Assembly (NCBI GenBank): GCA_029717555.1
Contig: JAMDHS010000076.1
Span: forward strand, 1-64,000
Direction: 5' to 3'
From: Peribolospora baueri
Lineage: Eukaryota
DNA length: 64,000 nucleotides
Shown piece by piece: positions 36,624-51,887 of the stretch. The translations under genes were made by a program, and so were the position numbers. The first letter of the stretch is position 1, and every line of letters begins with the position of its first letter. Below the pieces are notes generated by a model that did not search any database, was not told the origin of the DNA, and saw only the letters and a program-made list of their open reading frames with translations.

Positions 36624-38004
36624 ATGTCCGCACCTCCCAAGGCCATCTTCCTCCTCCCGAACTACGGATTCGACCCCACGGAGGCCGGCGTGCCTTGGGT
36701 CTACCTCGCCGACCAAGGTTGCGACATGTTTATCGCAACCGAGAAAGGCGAGGAAAAGCCAGAGTGCGATCGCAGGCTGGTGGAGGGCTTGGTTGGAGCC
36801 GTCTTGGTGAGCTACGACCTCGTTTGAGCTCAGGCGCCAGTTGCCCGCGCAAGTAGGCTGGAAAGGCTGGATTGCAGGAAGTGTCCCGCGTGACGCATTT
36901 GGAGCTCTCTCTTCCACTTGTTCTGTCCGTGTCTTCTCGAACACCTGGGTCAATAGGGACCCAGTTCTCAGGCTCTTGAGGCGTACCATTCCATTCTCTC
37001 CTCTCCTGCTTTCAAAAAGCCGCTTTCCTGGTCGGTGAGTGCTTCACTTGCTTCGAACGCCGCGCCCCGCCTTTTCCTCACGATTCCTTTTCGCTCCTTC
37101 CCTCCGTCCGGCAACGGAAAACGCAGGACCCCTCCTTCACTCTCGACCAATACGACATCCTCGTTCTGCCCGGCGGGCACGACAAGGGCGTGAAGCAGCT
37201 CATCGAGAGTCCGCCGCTGAAGAAGCACCTTCGCGAGTTTGTGGAGAAGACCGGCCCCGGCGGAGAGAAGGTCGTGGGTGCTATTTGGTGAGCTCCAAGT
37301 GACAGTCTTGGAGCGACTGATTGTGCAGATATGCGTTCGGCGTAGAGCTGAACACCAACCTCCCCTCTCGCTCCTCTCTATAATCTGCTTCCTCCCTGCC
37401 TGCGCCCAGTCACGGTGTCCTGGCGCTCGCATGGACAAACGATCCCGTCACCGGTCATTCCATCATTCGCGACCGGCGCACGACCACACTGCCCAAGTAC
37501 ATGGAGGAGTTGGCGTACTTTACCACCAAGCCCCTGTTGGGGGAGTGTGAGTGCAAGACGTGGCATGTCAGCGTCGAATCTGGGTCCCTGGGTCTCTAGA
37601 GGATGGTGGCTGACCGTATCTTTTTTTTATCGCTAACCCTCTCGGACTCGTTCAGATTATCGCACGTACGCAGGGCGGTGGACCGAGACGATGGTGACCG
37701 AAGTAAGATCCTCTCTTCCCTAAACTACTGCAACTCGCAGTGCATCCTCTCGTCTCCTTCCCCCTTTCCAGACTGACTTCTTTCCACTTCACGGCTCCTT
37801 TATTTTCCACAGTGCCTCACGCATCCCGACCAATTCGAGCGCGGCCCCGTGAACGTGACGCTCTCCAAGAATCGAAAGCATGCGCACGTCGTCGTCGACG
37901 AAGGGTACATCTCTGGCCGTTGGCCTGGGGATGCGCAAGTGTTCGCTGAGAAGATTTGGGAGCAGTCCGTGAAAAGGCGCAAGGCCGCTGGACCTGATGC
38001 TTGA
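36624..38004 (+). CDS. DJ-1/PfpI family (class I glutamine amidotransferase-like) protein
   Basis: YGFDPTEAGVPW, YDILVLPGGHDKGVKQ, GAIC|HGVL, YYRTY, YISGRWPGDA. Confidence 0.9.
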
Positions 38005-38196
38005 GACGCCCCTTCCCATGATGGAGATTCCCTTACGCCTCGTACCTTCGCGGCTTGAGCCTTGCCCAAGCGAGATGCTGGTCGATCAACTTTTTGGTCT
38101 TTTATTTCCCAGTGGTCATGTATCGTACCATTTCCTCTCCTCACCATATCCAATACCGGACTTGACAGACACGTCCCCATCGGGTTCTCGTAAGGC

Positions 38197-40466
38197 CTAG
38201 TTAGCCCCCTGGTTTCTGGCTAGGGTGATGGCCCAAATGCTTAAGGCACCCTGCACCTCTCCCGTGTCCGCAGCGGGAGCTCCTTCTCCATAGCCCTTTG
38301 CCCTTTCGTCGTCCTGCTGTAGGTGCTCGTAGCCGCTGACTCGCACAGCCTTCATTCCCGCTTCCTCGATCATCCTCCAGAGCCCCTCCTCATCCTCATG
38401 TCGCCTCTTCTTGGCCAGCAGAGCCAGCGTACCCTCAACGGTCTGATCTCCAGTCCGGGTGCCGTCCCTTGTCCCGATCTGAAGACGTCGACCTTCAGAC
38501 GAGCCGAGCAACAGGAGCTCGCGGAGGGTGGAGAGGAGGGCAGAAAAGGAAGACGGGTTGTAGGTGCAGTCGGAGACCAAGACGAGGTCCACGCCACCCC
38601 CGTCCTCGCCACCACTCTCGCCTTCCTCCCGACTCCAATTCTCCGGCCGCCTCGTGATCTCGGGTGGTAGACCATCGTCATCCCAGTTGAGAGCGAGCGG
38701 GCGCAAAGCCACTGAGGGCGAAAAGAGATTGAGGGAAAGGGATCGGTTTTGTTCGATCAGAGGAAGCGCCGAAGCTGTCGTCGGTTCGCGGCGTGGCATG
38801 GCGCGGCGAGTTTCAGTGCCAGTTTCGTGTAATCAAATAAGCCAGGCGCTTACGCGTGTGCCAAGAAAAAAAGTACTTACGCAGATCTGTAGCGAATATT
38901 TTATGCCGTCTCGGATAATTCCAAGTGCCCTCTGAGAGCTTTTTGGTCACAAAGTCCTCACACCCGTGCTCGGCGGGGCCGGCCGCCGCGGGCACATCTT
39001 CACCGACGTCATGTTGCGCTACTTCCTGTCGCCGCCGAGAGCGGCGTTGATGGAGCAGGGAGGCCAGCACCAATGATACGAGCCCGGTTCCCGTCCCTGA
39101 TTGTCACGGCATGAGGATGAGAAGATCAGTGATGACACTGGGGGGATCTCACCTCGCATTTGGGTGAAGTTGAGTGGATGTTCCGAAAGCTCACCAAGTT
39201 CCACGACCCGCAGTGGATCTCGGTGCAAAAGGAGCCGCACCAGCCGCCGTAGAGAGTCGTCTCCCGAGCTGACGTCCGTGGCCGTGCCGGTCGTAAGGCG
39301 GCAGTTGAGAGAACGGGACGTGTTTGAATCAGACGCGAAGATGGAGCAGAGGAACGAGCAGAGCTCCAAGCCTGCGTCCCAAATATGCTGAGTGTCGAAT
39401 AGCAGAGAGATTAGATTGGTCAACCCCTAACGCCGAGGAGGCATGCAAACGACTCCAAGGTGCTCACCTTATCCAGTTCAAAGCCCATCTCCTCGACTAT
39501 CTCAAGTAATACGCCAGGCTTATCTTTAGCACCTCCAGCGCCGTCATTGCTAACCTGTATGAGGTCCGGAAGAAAGAATAGACGGCTAGTCTTGTCCTGC
39601 TTCGAGGAGGACACCACCACGTCGTCATTGCTGCTCGCGGATGAAGTTGGCGAAGAGAGGACTATCGGCTGAGAAAGAGCAGGAAGGATATGTTGGCGAG
39701 GGGAGAGTCGTAAACGTGGTCGTCGTCGAAGGAGAGGCGTAGCGAGGGCACGCAAGACGTCGTCGTTTGGGAGCTGCGCTTGTTCGCCTGAGGGAGCATT
39801 GGCCTTGATGCGCGATACCCACAGACGTGTTGACCCCTTCCCACCGTCTACTTTCTGGCGCTTTTTGCGTGTATTAGCCGCTCCACTTGCATTTTCATTG
39901 CCGTTCTCGAATCTGAAGCCTCCTTCGGCGCCGGAAATGCTGCACCCTCCATCTCTTTCAGCCCAAATCGCCAAACGCAGCTCCTCCCCTTCCTCTCGTA
40001 TCCTTCGCAAGCGCCGAGCGGACGGAAGGGCGAGCTCGACCGGCTTGTACGCCGATTCAGGGCCCGTCCATCTGAATCTCAATGCGGTTGTATATCCATC
40101 TCCTTCTTTCAGCAAGCGTACGCGTGTGGTAGAGCTGGAAGGTGCGAACGGAGAGGTGCACGCGCAAGTGTTCCCTGCCTTGCTCTGGCCTTTTGAGCTC
40201 TCGCAAGTCGGGCAGAAGTTTCCGGCAGACGATCGAGCACAGACCCAGGCAAAGATCAAGTAGACTTCGGCCCGCTCGCGCTCCGATTCTTCCGCTTCTT
40301 CAAGAAGAGGGGCGAATGGTTCGGATCGGAGGTCGTTCGTGATGAGGGGAGCAACGCGAACGACGGCGGAGGCGGATACCGAGGAAGACGACGGCGCGGC
40401 AGCAGCAACGTTCGAAACTGAAATGCTCGACGGAGGTGGACGTTGGAAGGTGAGGTAAAGGGCCAT
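38197..40466 (-). CDS. METTL21/Methyltransf_16 protein methyltransferase with an N-terminal extension
   Basis: EEMGFELDK|HIWDAG, VVELG|TGTGLVS, ATDL, LNWD, DLVLVSDCTYN, KKRRHEDE. Confidence 0.88.
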
Positions 40467-41023
40467 CGCCGAGGGAAGCGTAGAAGCGGTGTCAACGTAT
40501 CAACATGAGAGTGGGATGGGGCACAAGGATATCAACTGACGTAGGCGAGCGTCCGGGAGACGAGAAGAAGCGGTGGATGATGACTAAGCAAGCGTCCAAT
40601 TTCGTTCCACTTCACCGGACATGGGAAGAAAGAAATGCAGCGCACATATCTGACCCTCACCCTCGGCCGCTCGACCCCTCCTCTCGGCATGCCGTCAACC
40701 TCAGCCAAAGCCGTCTCACACTCTCCCTTCTCTCCCTACGTACTGGGCGGGTCGATGGCTAAAACGGGGCAGGGAGGGCGACACTCGACATAGATGGGAT
40801 TTGAGGTCACTGGGGGGCAACATAGAGTACATAGAGAATTGTACAGGAGCGCGTGTTCGCTCGACACTGGGCACCTAACGGAAAGGAAGAAAGGGGACGA
40901 AGTGAAATGATGCGGTTGGGACCGTGTCGCGAGTCATCGGAGGACGCGTCTGATGTCGGAGGGGTCGACTTGCTGAAGGAAAGCGACCACGACAACGCTA
41001 CGACGCGAAGCCACAGACGGTGT

Positions 41024-41972
<949 letters not shown>

Positions 41973-42339
41973 GACGAGAGCTTGGTTGAGAGGTCTTGAA
42001 GGGAAGGAAAGAAGATGTGGATGGGATGGTGGAAGAAGAGAAAGAAGAATGGACGTGCTGGACGACATCGGCTCGCCTTTTCTACTCGAAGGTGAGCGCG
42101 CGTCGCGTCTGCATCCGCTCGATCACTTTACGTGACGGGCGTCCTTCCCCCTCGGCCCAATTTCTTAAGAGGGACAGCAATAAAACCGGATTTCTTCTTG
42201 CTTGCTCGCTTTGACACTCCTTGCATCTGCCTCTAAGACTTCCTCTTATGTCAAGCTAGGATATATATGGCGATGGTACCTCTGCTCGGCGTCTTCCCAT
42301 TGACTACTGCTTCACCTCCAGATGAAGTCACGGGGACGA

Positions 42340-42364
42340 ACGCGCGGTCACGCGTCTTGACGCG
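42340..42364. promoter_or_regulatory. Three ACGCG (MCB-like) motifs at 10-bp spacing in the H3/separase promoter
   Basis: ACGCG at 42340, ACGCGT at 42350 and ACGCG at 42360. Further CGCGT at 42099 and 42104. Confidence 0.45.
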
Positions 42365-42523
42365 CCAGCCGAACTGGTTTGCTGCGGCACACAACAGTTT
42401 GACGGCTAGTAGACGTAGGAATCACTGGCGTCGCCGCCGAGAAGGACGACTTCGCATCAAAACGAGAGCCGGCCTTCGCTTTTTGTTTTTGACATAATCA
42501 CTTCGGCTCCTAGAGATATTAGG

Positions 42524-45500
42524 ATGCCCCCGAAGAGCGTCCTCCCGTCGGGAGGCCGCGCTGGGCGCACGAGGAGCGATCTTCCTTCCACATCCCGCCC
42601 GAAACGAACGACAACGAGGACGACGACAGCGACGACAGCGACAACAACGGCGGCGACGAAAAAATCGAGCAAACAGCCGTCGGCAGCCGACATTCTCGAG
42701 GCCCTCAAGTCAGTGGAACGATGTTCTCCCGCTCTTGTGGGCTCAATTGCCAGTATCGATCTTCCGCCCGAACGCCGGGCCTCCTTCGCAAAGCAGGTCG
42801 TCAACTCCACGCTCGCTCTCTTGAACAAGGCGGTTCAGCAGGGTTGGAAGCTGAGTGGGGCCTCTCAAGATGCAAAGTCGGTGCGCGCGGTTGCGGATTG
42901 TTTCAACGTTGCGACGCGGATGCTCAGGAGCATGGGGGCCGGGGCGAACATCGGTGTGGCAGAGGTGGAGAGCGTGGCGGTGACCGTGGTCAGAAAGCTC
43001 GTCTTTCTCGAGCTGGTGAGTCGCGTTTGCTGCGTTTGAGTGGCGCGACTGCAAGTTTCTTTACCTATATTTACCTTCCATTACCTTTCCTTTGATCTGC
43101 ACAGCACGACGCAGCACTGCGAGAGCTCTCTGACATTGCTCCACGCCTTCACTCGCTCTACTATACCTCCCACTGCGCGAACACCGCAATTTCCAAGTCC
43201 CCTCCATCATATTATATTCTCTCATTCCCTCGACCAGGCGATTCTAGTTTGACATTTGCTGTTTGGGCTCTAGTTTACGAGTGCCAACAGCTTGGAGTCG
43301 CTTCGCTACTGAACGACGGAACGGCTGTGGAAGTCGCGGTGAGGCATTTCTTCAGCGATCTTGGAAAGAAAACTCTGGGCTGATCCATTTCTTCTCATCC
43401 ATAGCCGCTTCTTGAAGCTCTGCGTTCGCCAGAGGGACCATTGGCCTGGCGTTCTATCGCTTCGACGCTGCCGACCGATGCAAAATCACAGAGCACGGCT
43501 GATCGGCTCACCGTCTCCCTCGAGCGCACGATCAGTCGCTTCCTCTCGTCTTCCGCCTCTGCCTCCCTCCTTCCGTCAGACTCTTTGGCGCTCAGGGTCT
43601 TTTCGCTGCAACTGCTGCTCACGGTCTCTGAGGTGGATCCCGAACCGTGGTGGGGTCGCGCGTTGAGGGCAGGCGCTAGCCACTGGAAGCTGACTGTTGC
43701 GAGTGGCTTGACTGAGGATGCGAAAGAGCGCGAGCGAAAGGCCTTTCGACAGATTGATTCCGCTTTTGACCTCGTCCTCGCTGCTGTCCAGGATGCCCAG
43801 ACGCGTCCTGTCTCCGAAGATGCAGCGGACCAGACTTTGGACCGGCGCTTTGTCCGTATGGATCAAGGCAAAGCTTTCGTGGCCTTTTGCGAGTACTGGC
43901 TCTCCTTAGCTCGTCGGTCGGGGTCTCTCTCCGCCGTCGATAAGGTCGCTAGGCTCTTTCAAGGCGATCACGACAATACCGACCTGTCGATGTCCGAGAC
44001 AGAGAAAACGGCGATGGATACGGACAGACGCACGGCGCGTTCCTGTGCGCTCTTGATCAAATGCTGCGCTTGCCTGGATGAGAGGTTCAAGGATGGGGGA
44101 AACACATCAGGTGAGGCATGTCGGCACTACACAACTATTTGATGGTATCCAAACTGACGACCTTCTCGATCGTGTTCATAAAAGATGTTTCTGCCGTCCT
44201 GAAGTCCTCTATGTCCGCGTTGGCTACGCTACACGACCTTGTCGACTATTTCTCGGATGAGCAACTAAAAAAGGTCGACCGATCCGTCGACTCTCTGCGC
44301 CGTAGATGCACCCGTGTCATCAGCCCCGATCCTACCGGTTCTTCTCCAGCTGCATCTTCGGACGAGCCCACCTCTCTAAAAAGTGAGGCGACCCAAGTGC
44401 TCGAAGCGACGGCGGAAGTTCTTTTCAAGCGTTTCCGACGTGAGCTGGAACGTCCGCGCTCTCCAAGGTCATCACCAGCAGATGGGGCGGATGGTAAAAA
44501 GGGCACAGAGAGGATGATGACGCTGGAAGATTTGGCTTCCGACGGCGTACAGGCTCTTCGCTGTCTGGCCATCACACGCTTTTCAGTGACCGACCATCAG
44601 ACGCACAGCGCTGCTCTCCAGCTGCTGGGACGGTGCGAAGCATTCTTGCTAGGAGCCTGGGTCGAGAGAAATAGTCGAATAGGCGCCGAAGTCGTCGGTC
44701 CCGGCGACGTCCGACTCGACTCAAAGGTCCTGGCGGACAACCTTGCCTACGTCTCTTCCTCCTATTATAACATGGGCGGACGGCTCTACCAGGTCCGGTC
44801 CGTCGGCGCCGCCTTGCCTTTCCTTCGACGTGCTGCGGAGATGACAGAACAAGAAGTTGATCTTAGGAAGACGGTATCCAAAGAGGAAGGGAGCGCCGAG
44901 AAAGACGTTGAAGAGGAAGGGAGCAAGCGACGGAGAGACCTGTCGAAGAGATGGGAACACATGGCCGTCTGCTGTAGGGGGATTGGCGACAACAAGGTAA
45001 TTTTCTTATGTTTCATCATCCGCAGAGTTGGAAGGAGGAGCTGAGCTGGACGATTGACTCACCTCGATGCCTTGAATTTGTAGTTTGCCCACGAAAGCTA
45101 TCGCCGAGCCATTGTTGCCAGCCTTTGCGCCGCCAATGCCAACTCTCGCCTTGTCGAAATGATTCGCAAGCGCCCCTTATCGGCCGCCTTCGTAGAGGGT
45201 TTTGCCCATCTGGGCTCGCTCATTAAGTCTTGCACAGAGATGGCCGCCTTCGATCTCCTTTGGACGCCGGCTCAGGTGTCCTTGTCTGAAGCACTGCACG
45301 CTTCAGGTCAAGAGGCCGAGGTCATTGGAGCTGTTGTCGAATGGCAGGTCGCTTCTTTGGACGAAAGACTGCACAGGCCCGAGGCTGGTCATTGCGTTGT
45401 GCCTTTACTGCAAGATTGTCTGAAGGCGTACGATCTAACGTCGATGCCCGTCCGAAGAGCGCGGTAAGTGAGCACTCCACCTTTGTGGACGGAGCATACA

Positions 45501-48500
45501 AGGCTGATCAGCGTGGTTATAATCTTTGCAGCGTCCTCGTCCGCCTGATGGAGCACTCGTGCATGACCTCACGCAGCTCCGAGCGCAACGTGTCCCTTCT
45601 TGGCAATGACGCTTCTTCCTTACTCAAACGTCAAGACCTCGCACTTGACGTTGGCTTAGCTGCTTTTGGGCCTCAATACTTGGCCGCATCCTACGTTTGG
45701 CAAGCCGCTGATTGCCACTATCATGGCGAAACGGCAGACGCCATCGATCACGCTCGCCTGGCCAGCCAGATATTAGAGTCCTTCGTCTCCAAGCCCGCTA
45801 CGCTGTCTCCCGCTCAACCTAAGAGGAGGGGGTCGATCACCGTACAAATGAAAGGAGCCGCTACCGCCCGACGTCTGGTCCCTTCCAGCAGTCCCCGGCC
45901 CATACGGAAGACCAGGGCTGCGCCTCCAAGGACTCCACCGGCGAGAGTTACGAGAGCGCAAGCTGCGTCGTCCTCGGCCGTTTTGAAGTCGAACTGCTTG
46001 AACAGATTTGACGACATTGAACGCTTCTATGGCCATCTGGGTGAGTTGAAATGACCTGTTTTTTTCCCGATTGTGTAAAGGTGGAGCTCCGATCTGACCC
46101 GTATGTCTTTGCAGAACTTCTTTCGGAGTTGCTTCACCAAGTTGGGCAGCCCTTCTTACGTATCAAACTCCTCAAGCTCATGCGGAGCATCAGTCAAACG
46201 GACTGTATCGCTTCGACTGCTGGAGATCGATACTTAAGAGCGTCTTGTGACTTGGCACGTCAATATTTGGCCCTCGGGAAGTCAATGCGCGCAGGGGCCG
46301 TGATTGGCAAGGCTGTTGAATCTGCTCGTGATCAACCCGTCCAAGATGATACGAAGATCAGATGCGCCCTCGTCTTTGCCGAGTATTTTGCCTGCACAGA
46401 CAACCTGGAAAGGAGGTGAGGGCAAATCTTCCCCTTTAAGCGTGCCGTTCATTGCGCTCATAGAATCCTGCAATCTCACATATCCTTTCGCACAGCATCG
46501 CTGTTTATACCGATGCTCAAGCGATGGCGGAGACCGCTTCCGCAACGAATGCGGCCTCTACTATCCAGCGCGTCACTGACAAGACCAAGCAACTTTCCAG
46601 AGCCGCACTAGCAGCCGAGATCCACTCCATCATCCAGCGAAGGAAGGTGAGCTTTCGAGCCCATTCTCGTTAGCACGCATCGACTGAACTGACTGGCTCA
46701 ATATTTCTTTTACCGTCAAATCCATCCGTCAGGGAGACATCTCAGCCTCGATCACAAGCGCTGCGCAGTCCCTCAGGCTATCTGTGCGAGCCGCCAGCAA
46801 CCTGGCACGTCTCGTCAAGACGCCGTCCACGGACTGCAATCCGGCAGCGCTCAAAGATCCTTTCTCTTCGGAGCCGATCCAACCGGATCCTCAGTCTCAG
46901 AAGTCGGACGTACAGACTATACAGCAGCCTTCCGTCGTAGGTCCTATCGAGGGCTCCAAACGTCTCAATCCCTTCACCAGCATCGGCGTGAGCTGCCTGC
47001 ACTGGCAAACATCCCATGCCGCCTTCTCGGCTTACCTTCGTCTTTCAGAACTATATTCTTGTCGAGGGTCTTCAAGAGACGCGGAGGCGTTCGCCAATGA
47101 AGCCGTGGACTTTGCCACAGCTCACGCCCTCTCTTTCTTCAGGGCGAGAGCATTGAGTGAGCGTGCCGGACTCAAGTTAGAGATGCACAACCTTGAAGAC
47201 GGACAAGCAGACCTCCAGGCTGCCCTGCAAGCGCTCTCCGATCGGTCTGGAACCGAAGCAGCTAAGCTCTCCGCCATTCAGGCGGACCTAAATGCTCGCT
47301 GCGAAGCCGTCGCCGAGGCCACTTCCGCGCTTGAAGCAGCCGAGGAGTTGCTGCAGGCTCTTGATAGGGCTTATACGGAAACCGAGGCTATTCTTCCAAC
47401 GTGCGTCCTTTTGAGTTGCAATGCTTGCGGACTTGTCTTGACTTCTTGCCTCGTCTCGTCACCGTTTTTCAGGCCGCGAAAGAGCCCGGTGGCGGCCCGG
47501 AGGAGCTCGACTTCAGATCCCGTCGCGCGGCACACTATCAGTGGGCAAGACGGCATCCTTCCCAAGTTCCGATGTCAACTTCTCCGACGACGAGGTGAGC
47601 CGCCCATAGGAAATCTGCGGAAGGTTACGAAACTAATTTTTTTTCTCTTTCTCTCAGCCCTCCTCCTCCGCGCTCTCGGCAAGAAGAAGGAATGCCGTCG
47701 GACTTTGGATTTGCTCTCACGCCTCGCCACTGACGCCGATAGTAAGGCCGTTGCAGATGTAGTCTTGGGAGAACTGGCGCTCGATGACGTATTCACTCAG
47801 CTCGAGGCCGACCGTCTACTGAGCATTTTGCCGGAGTCGAGTAAGTACTATCTGCAGTCTAGAAGACACAAGCTGACCACGGCTAACTCTAACCCTTTCC
47901 ACCGTGGCCGTCTCCTCAGCTATGTCGGTACCATCTGTCTCTCCGAAGGGCACGATAACAGGCTCGAAAGCCATTTTGGCTACTCTGTCAGAGGCGGAGG
48001 CCTCTCTAGCTAGGGCACTGTCCTTCGGCTCGAATCGGTTCAAGGTGACAGACGTTCGACCAGCTGCGTTGTCGGAGGCATGCACCGTCCTGCTACAAGC
48101 CGTGCTGGGAAAGAGCTCCAAATTTGCAAGTTTCTCCGTATCTCATTTCCTCGGTGAGTAAAACACTACCGGAAGGCGCTTGCATCGACAAAAACTGGCA
48201 TTTTGACCGAACGACCCGGTCCCCTTTGCAGGTCAAGCCCCTTCGATCGGGCTTCAGCGAGAATTCCTTGAGGCGATCGATAGCAAGCTGAAGGAAGACG
48301 GCGTGCCCGACGATCTCGTCTGGCCGGCATTCGAACGACCATTGGAAGCTGCCTTTGCTCGCCTACACCTCACGGCGAGCAGTCCGCTAGCATCCGGCGA
48401 CGAGGAGGACGAAGAGGAAGAGCAGGCGGAACGCTCCATGCGACAATACTGGGTCCGCACTCGAGAACGTCATCAGACCTTGTTCGAGCAGCATCCTCAG

Positions 48501-50693
48501 GAGGTTGTTGACATAGACCTACCGCCCAACTGGATCGTAGTCTCCGTCAACGTGATGGTTCATCACAACCGACTTCTTCTCGCAAGGCACCAGGCGGGCA
48601 AGGAGCCGCTGGTCTTCAGTCTACCTCTGGATCGCTTTGCAAAGCGGGAAGGCGAAGAGGATGACGTGGAGGATCAGCCAACGGTGGAGAAAGTTCTCGC
48701 TGAGTTGCATGACATCGTGAAGACTTGCAACAGGGCCGTGCACGGCGCCAAAGATCTTCAAGGCATGGATGCGAGGAGGGCGTGGTGGACGGAGAGGAGG
48801 GAGCTAGACACCCGGTTAGGAACGCTTCTGCAAACGATTGAGCAGAAATGGCTCGGCGCATTCAAGGTGAGCGCAGATGACTGCCACGTTGGAGCTCTTT
48901 CCATGGGACAGGCGCCGGAGATTGACCGTTCGAATCTTCCGTTTCCTAGAGCATCTTCTGCGAAGCACCGACGACGGATGCCGGTGCTCAAGCGGCGCTC
49001 CGAACCCGGTTTGACGAGATCCTCAAGAAGGGATTGCCTGGCGCGCACGAAGGCAAGAAGGCGTCGCGAGTCCGGCTTCAAGACGACGTCTTCGAATGCT
49101 TCTCCGCTCTCCCTCCGGGCTGCGAAGACGAGGAGTTGGAGGATCTGCTTTACTTCTTGATGGACGTGTACCAACTCAACGGCGTTCCCATCGCCTGTGA
49201 CGAAGTTGATCTGGACACGGTAAGCGGCGACTACCTACCGTCCGTGGGGCTCAGCGCAGGCTGGATATCTGACCGCTTTGATCCGCGTTCCACGAACACA
49301 GGTTTGCTTGGACCTCCGCTCAGCGCTCGAAGAGTTCCACGCCAAAAACAAGGAATCGGGCACACGTCAGCCAGACCGGCACGTCATCCTGGTGTTGGAT
49401 AAGGATATGTCGCCGATTCCATGGGAGTCGATACCTGTTCTTCGCAACCAGGCCGTCAGCCGGGTCCCCTCCTTGGCTTTCCTGCAGGACCGTCTGTTCC
49501 TCGCGCGTCATCTCAAGGAGCAGCACACTGAACGGTCGAGCGAGCGACGGACCCTGGATGAGGACGGAGACGAGAACGAGGGTGGGGCCAGTGATGAGTC
49601 TTCACGAGCTGTCCAGGACCCGACGCTCTGCGTGGACGTCCGCCGTACCTTCTACGTCCTCAACCCCAGCGGCGATCTGAAGCACAGCGAGGAGCGATTC
49701 TCGCCCTGGCTCAACAGCAAGAGAGCGGAGCTGGGATGGGCGGGCATCACTGGACGAGCGCCTAGGCCGGACGAATTTACAAAGGCGCTGGAAAGGAACG
49801 ATCTGGTGTTGTGAGCATGATTTCCTCGTGGTTGTCCTCACGCCGTCCGCTCGCCTCTCTTTCGTGGCCAGGCTGCTCAACGCTCCGTCATTCCCTCTAC
49901 AGGTATTTCGGCCACTCCGGTGCAGAGCAATACGCGCGCACCCACAAGATCCGCTCCCTCCATCGATGTGCGACGACCATGCTCTGGGGCTGTTCCTCGG
50001 GCCTTCTCCGCGACGCTGGCGACTTTGACCGCACGGGCACGCCCTGGAACTACATGCTCGCTGGATGGTGAGTGTTTCGCGAGATGCGCTTCGGCTGCGG
50101 GATGGAAAGAAAAGAAAAGAGGAATCTGAACAGAATGATCGCCCTCTAAACAAAAATCCCTTTTTCCTCTCTTACTCATACTCTCGCTCGATTTACCTTC
50201 CCAACGCTCCCCACATCTTCCTTCTTCCCTCTTCCTCTTCCTCTTTCGCCACTCCCCTTGCCTCCCATCCCTTCCGCCATCACACAGCCCCGCCCTCGTC
50301 GCCAACCTATGGGACACGACAGACCGCGAACTGGATTCCGTCTCCGAGTCTGTCTTTTCCAGAATCGGCCTCGGGCCGCCGTCAGAGTCGGAGGCGGCTT
50401 CACCGAAGAGCGAAGAGGGAGGAAGCGCGGGAGGAGGAGGAGACGCGGCGTCGGACCGTCGTCGTCCTTCAAGCTCTCGCTCCGGTTCCAATTCGTCTGG
50501 CGCGGGCAAGAAAGGGTGGCCGCGACGCGGTGACAGCGGAGGAGGAGGAGGAGGAGGAGGAGGAGGAGGAGGACGCATGTCGCTCGTCCGCGCCGTCGCG
50601 CAGGCGAGGGGCGATTGCAGGTTGCCTTACTTGACCGGCGCGGCCGTCGTGGTCTACGGCGTGCCGGTCTACTTCGACGGCTCGATGCGCTGA
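42524..50693 (+). CDS. ESP1: Separase (peptidase C50)
   Basis: Large multi-exon gene. WWTERRELDTRL, HVILVLDK...IPWESIP, FYVLNPSGDL, catalytic YFGHSGAEQY and MLWGCSSG, VANLWDTTDRELD, LPYLTGAAVVVYGVPV. Confidence 0.96.
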
Positions 50694-51170
50694 GTCGAGT
50701 CGAGTGGCTCGACGTGGCGTTGGATTACTTACGGGCAAACCAACCGCAGCTACGGTACCCGAATTTAGTTTCGCATCGTTGCATGGTCGAGCCGACCGCA
50801 CATTCGATCTTGGAGCCTCTAGCATCACACCTCATATTCGCCTTGCCGGACATGCAATCGCTCAGACGTTTTTCAAGCACTTTCGCATTCAGCACACCGT
50901 TTCGAGGATAGAATGGGTTCGCACTTCGTTCGGTCGCTGGCATGTTTCGTAGCTACAAGTGATGGGCACCACGGACGTATTGACTTACCGACGGATAGGA
51001 CTCTCGGCCTTGGCTTGAGCTTTGAGAAATCTGTCGATCGGATAAAGAAGATGGTCTGCACAGCGTCAGAGAGCCATCCGGAGCATCCCGATACACCTTT
51101 GAAAGCGAATCCAACAAAAAGCGAAAAAGGACGACGAGCGAAGACGATCAAAGAAGGGGTGCGGCGCGAA

Positions 51171-51284
51171 AAGATCAGAGTGGTTGCTCGAAATTTGGTT
51201 TAGTGGCGAGCATTTTCGTCAACGGGTGGGGCGTTACTCCACCCTAAGTTGACCGTCGTGAGTTTGATAGGCTCATCATGAATA
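51171..51284 (-). ncRNA. snR73: Box C/D snoRNA snR73/SNORD35 (LSU Cm2959-equivalent)
   Basis: Box C ATGATGA (51279-51273); 12-nt guide CTCACGACGGTC (51262-51251) complementary to LSU GACCGUCGUGAG; D' CTTA; hairpin GGGTGG/CCACCC; C' TTGACGA; box D CTGA (51178-51175). Confidence 0.9.
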
Positions 51285-51541
51285 GGGGGCGTTGACGTCC
51301 CTCCTTCGGCGGCGCGAAGGAAACGGAAGAAGAAGGAAAGAAAGGAGAAAAGATTGCAAATAGAATCTCACCTTGACGACCAGGCTCGGCGCAACGCCTC
51401 ATCGAACATAGGTGCGTGGTCTGAATACGAACCAGGTGAAGAACAGAAGAAGAGTCAGCCACCGATCGGCACTCTACTTCTTTCCACATTCAACCCCGTT
51501 GTCATCATCATAAAAGTATCCTTCTCCACGCCTACAGCTCA

Positions 51542-51646
51542 GTAATCAGCCTTAAGTGTCCTCAGGTGAGAGGGTCTTTGCCCCCCCTCGGACGGTAATT
51601 TCCAGCTTTGACGCGTTAACGCCAAAGATGAACATCTTCGCAGTAT
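51542..51646 (-). ncRNA. snR77: Box C/D snoRNA snR77 (18S Um578-equivalent)
   Basis: Guide AGCTGGA(A)ATTACCG (51607-51593) pairs with 18S CGGUAAUUCCAGCU. D' CCGA at 51591 puts +5 on the U of CGGU. C' CTGAGGA; D CTGA (51549-51546); box C degenerate (GCGAAGA or AAGATGT). Confidence 0.85.
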
Positions 51647-51887
51647 GTCTCCCGGCCCCGACAACGGTCCCCGTTCCCATCTTCTCGATGACCGCCATTG
51701 TGCCGCGAGAGAACAGAACCGAACTCACCATGCGAAGCACTTGGATACATGCGACGGCTAGTCCTTCGTTAACACCTGAACGCGAAGAGTGAAAGTGATA
51801 AAACGAAAGCCATGTCAATGCACTGCACTTCATACAGTACCACTACGATGCCGACGGCCGTCTCGCGTGTGGATCAGAGCGCCGGAA

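Noticed and set aside
40577..40653. ATGATGA...CTGA at 77-nt spacing
   Set aside because: No guide complementarity or convincing closing stem found; probably chance.
50820..50988. snR72 in the last host intron
   Set aside because: There is no box C, and the expected GATTTGCACGTC-type guide is absent.
51455..51515. Extra ATGATGA...CTGA in the snR77 intron
   Set aside because: Only about 55 nt, the CTGA coincides with the branch site, and no guide was found.
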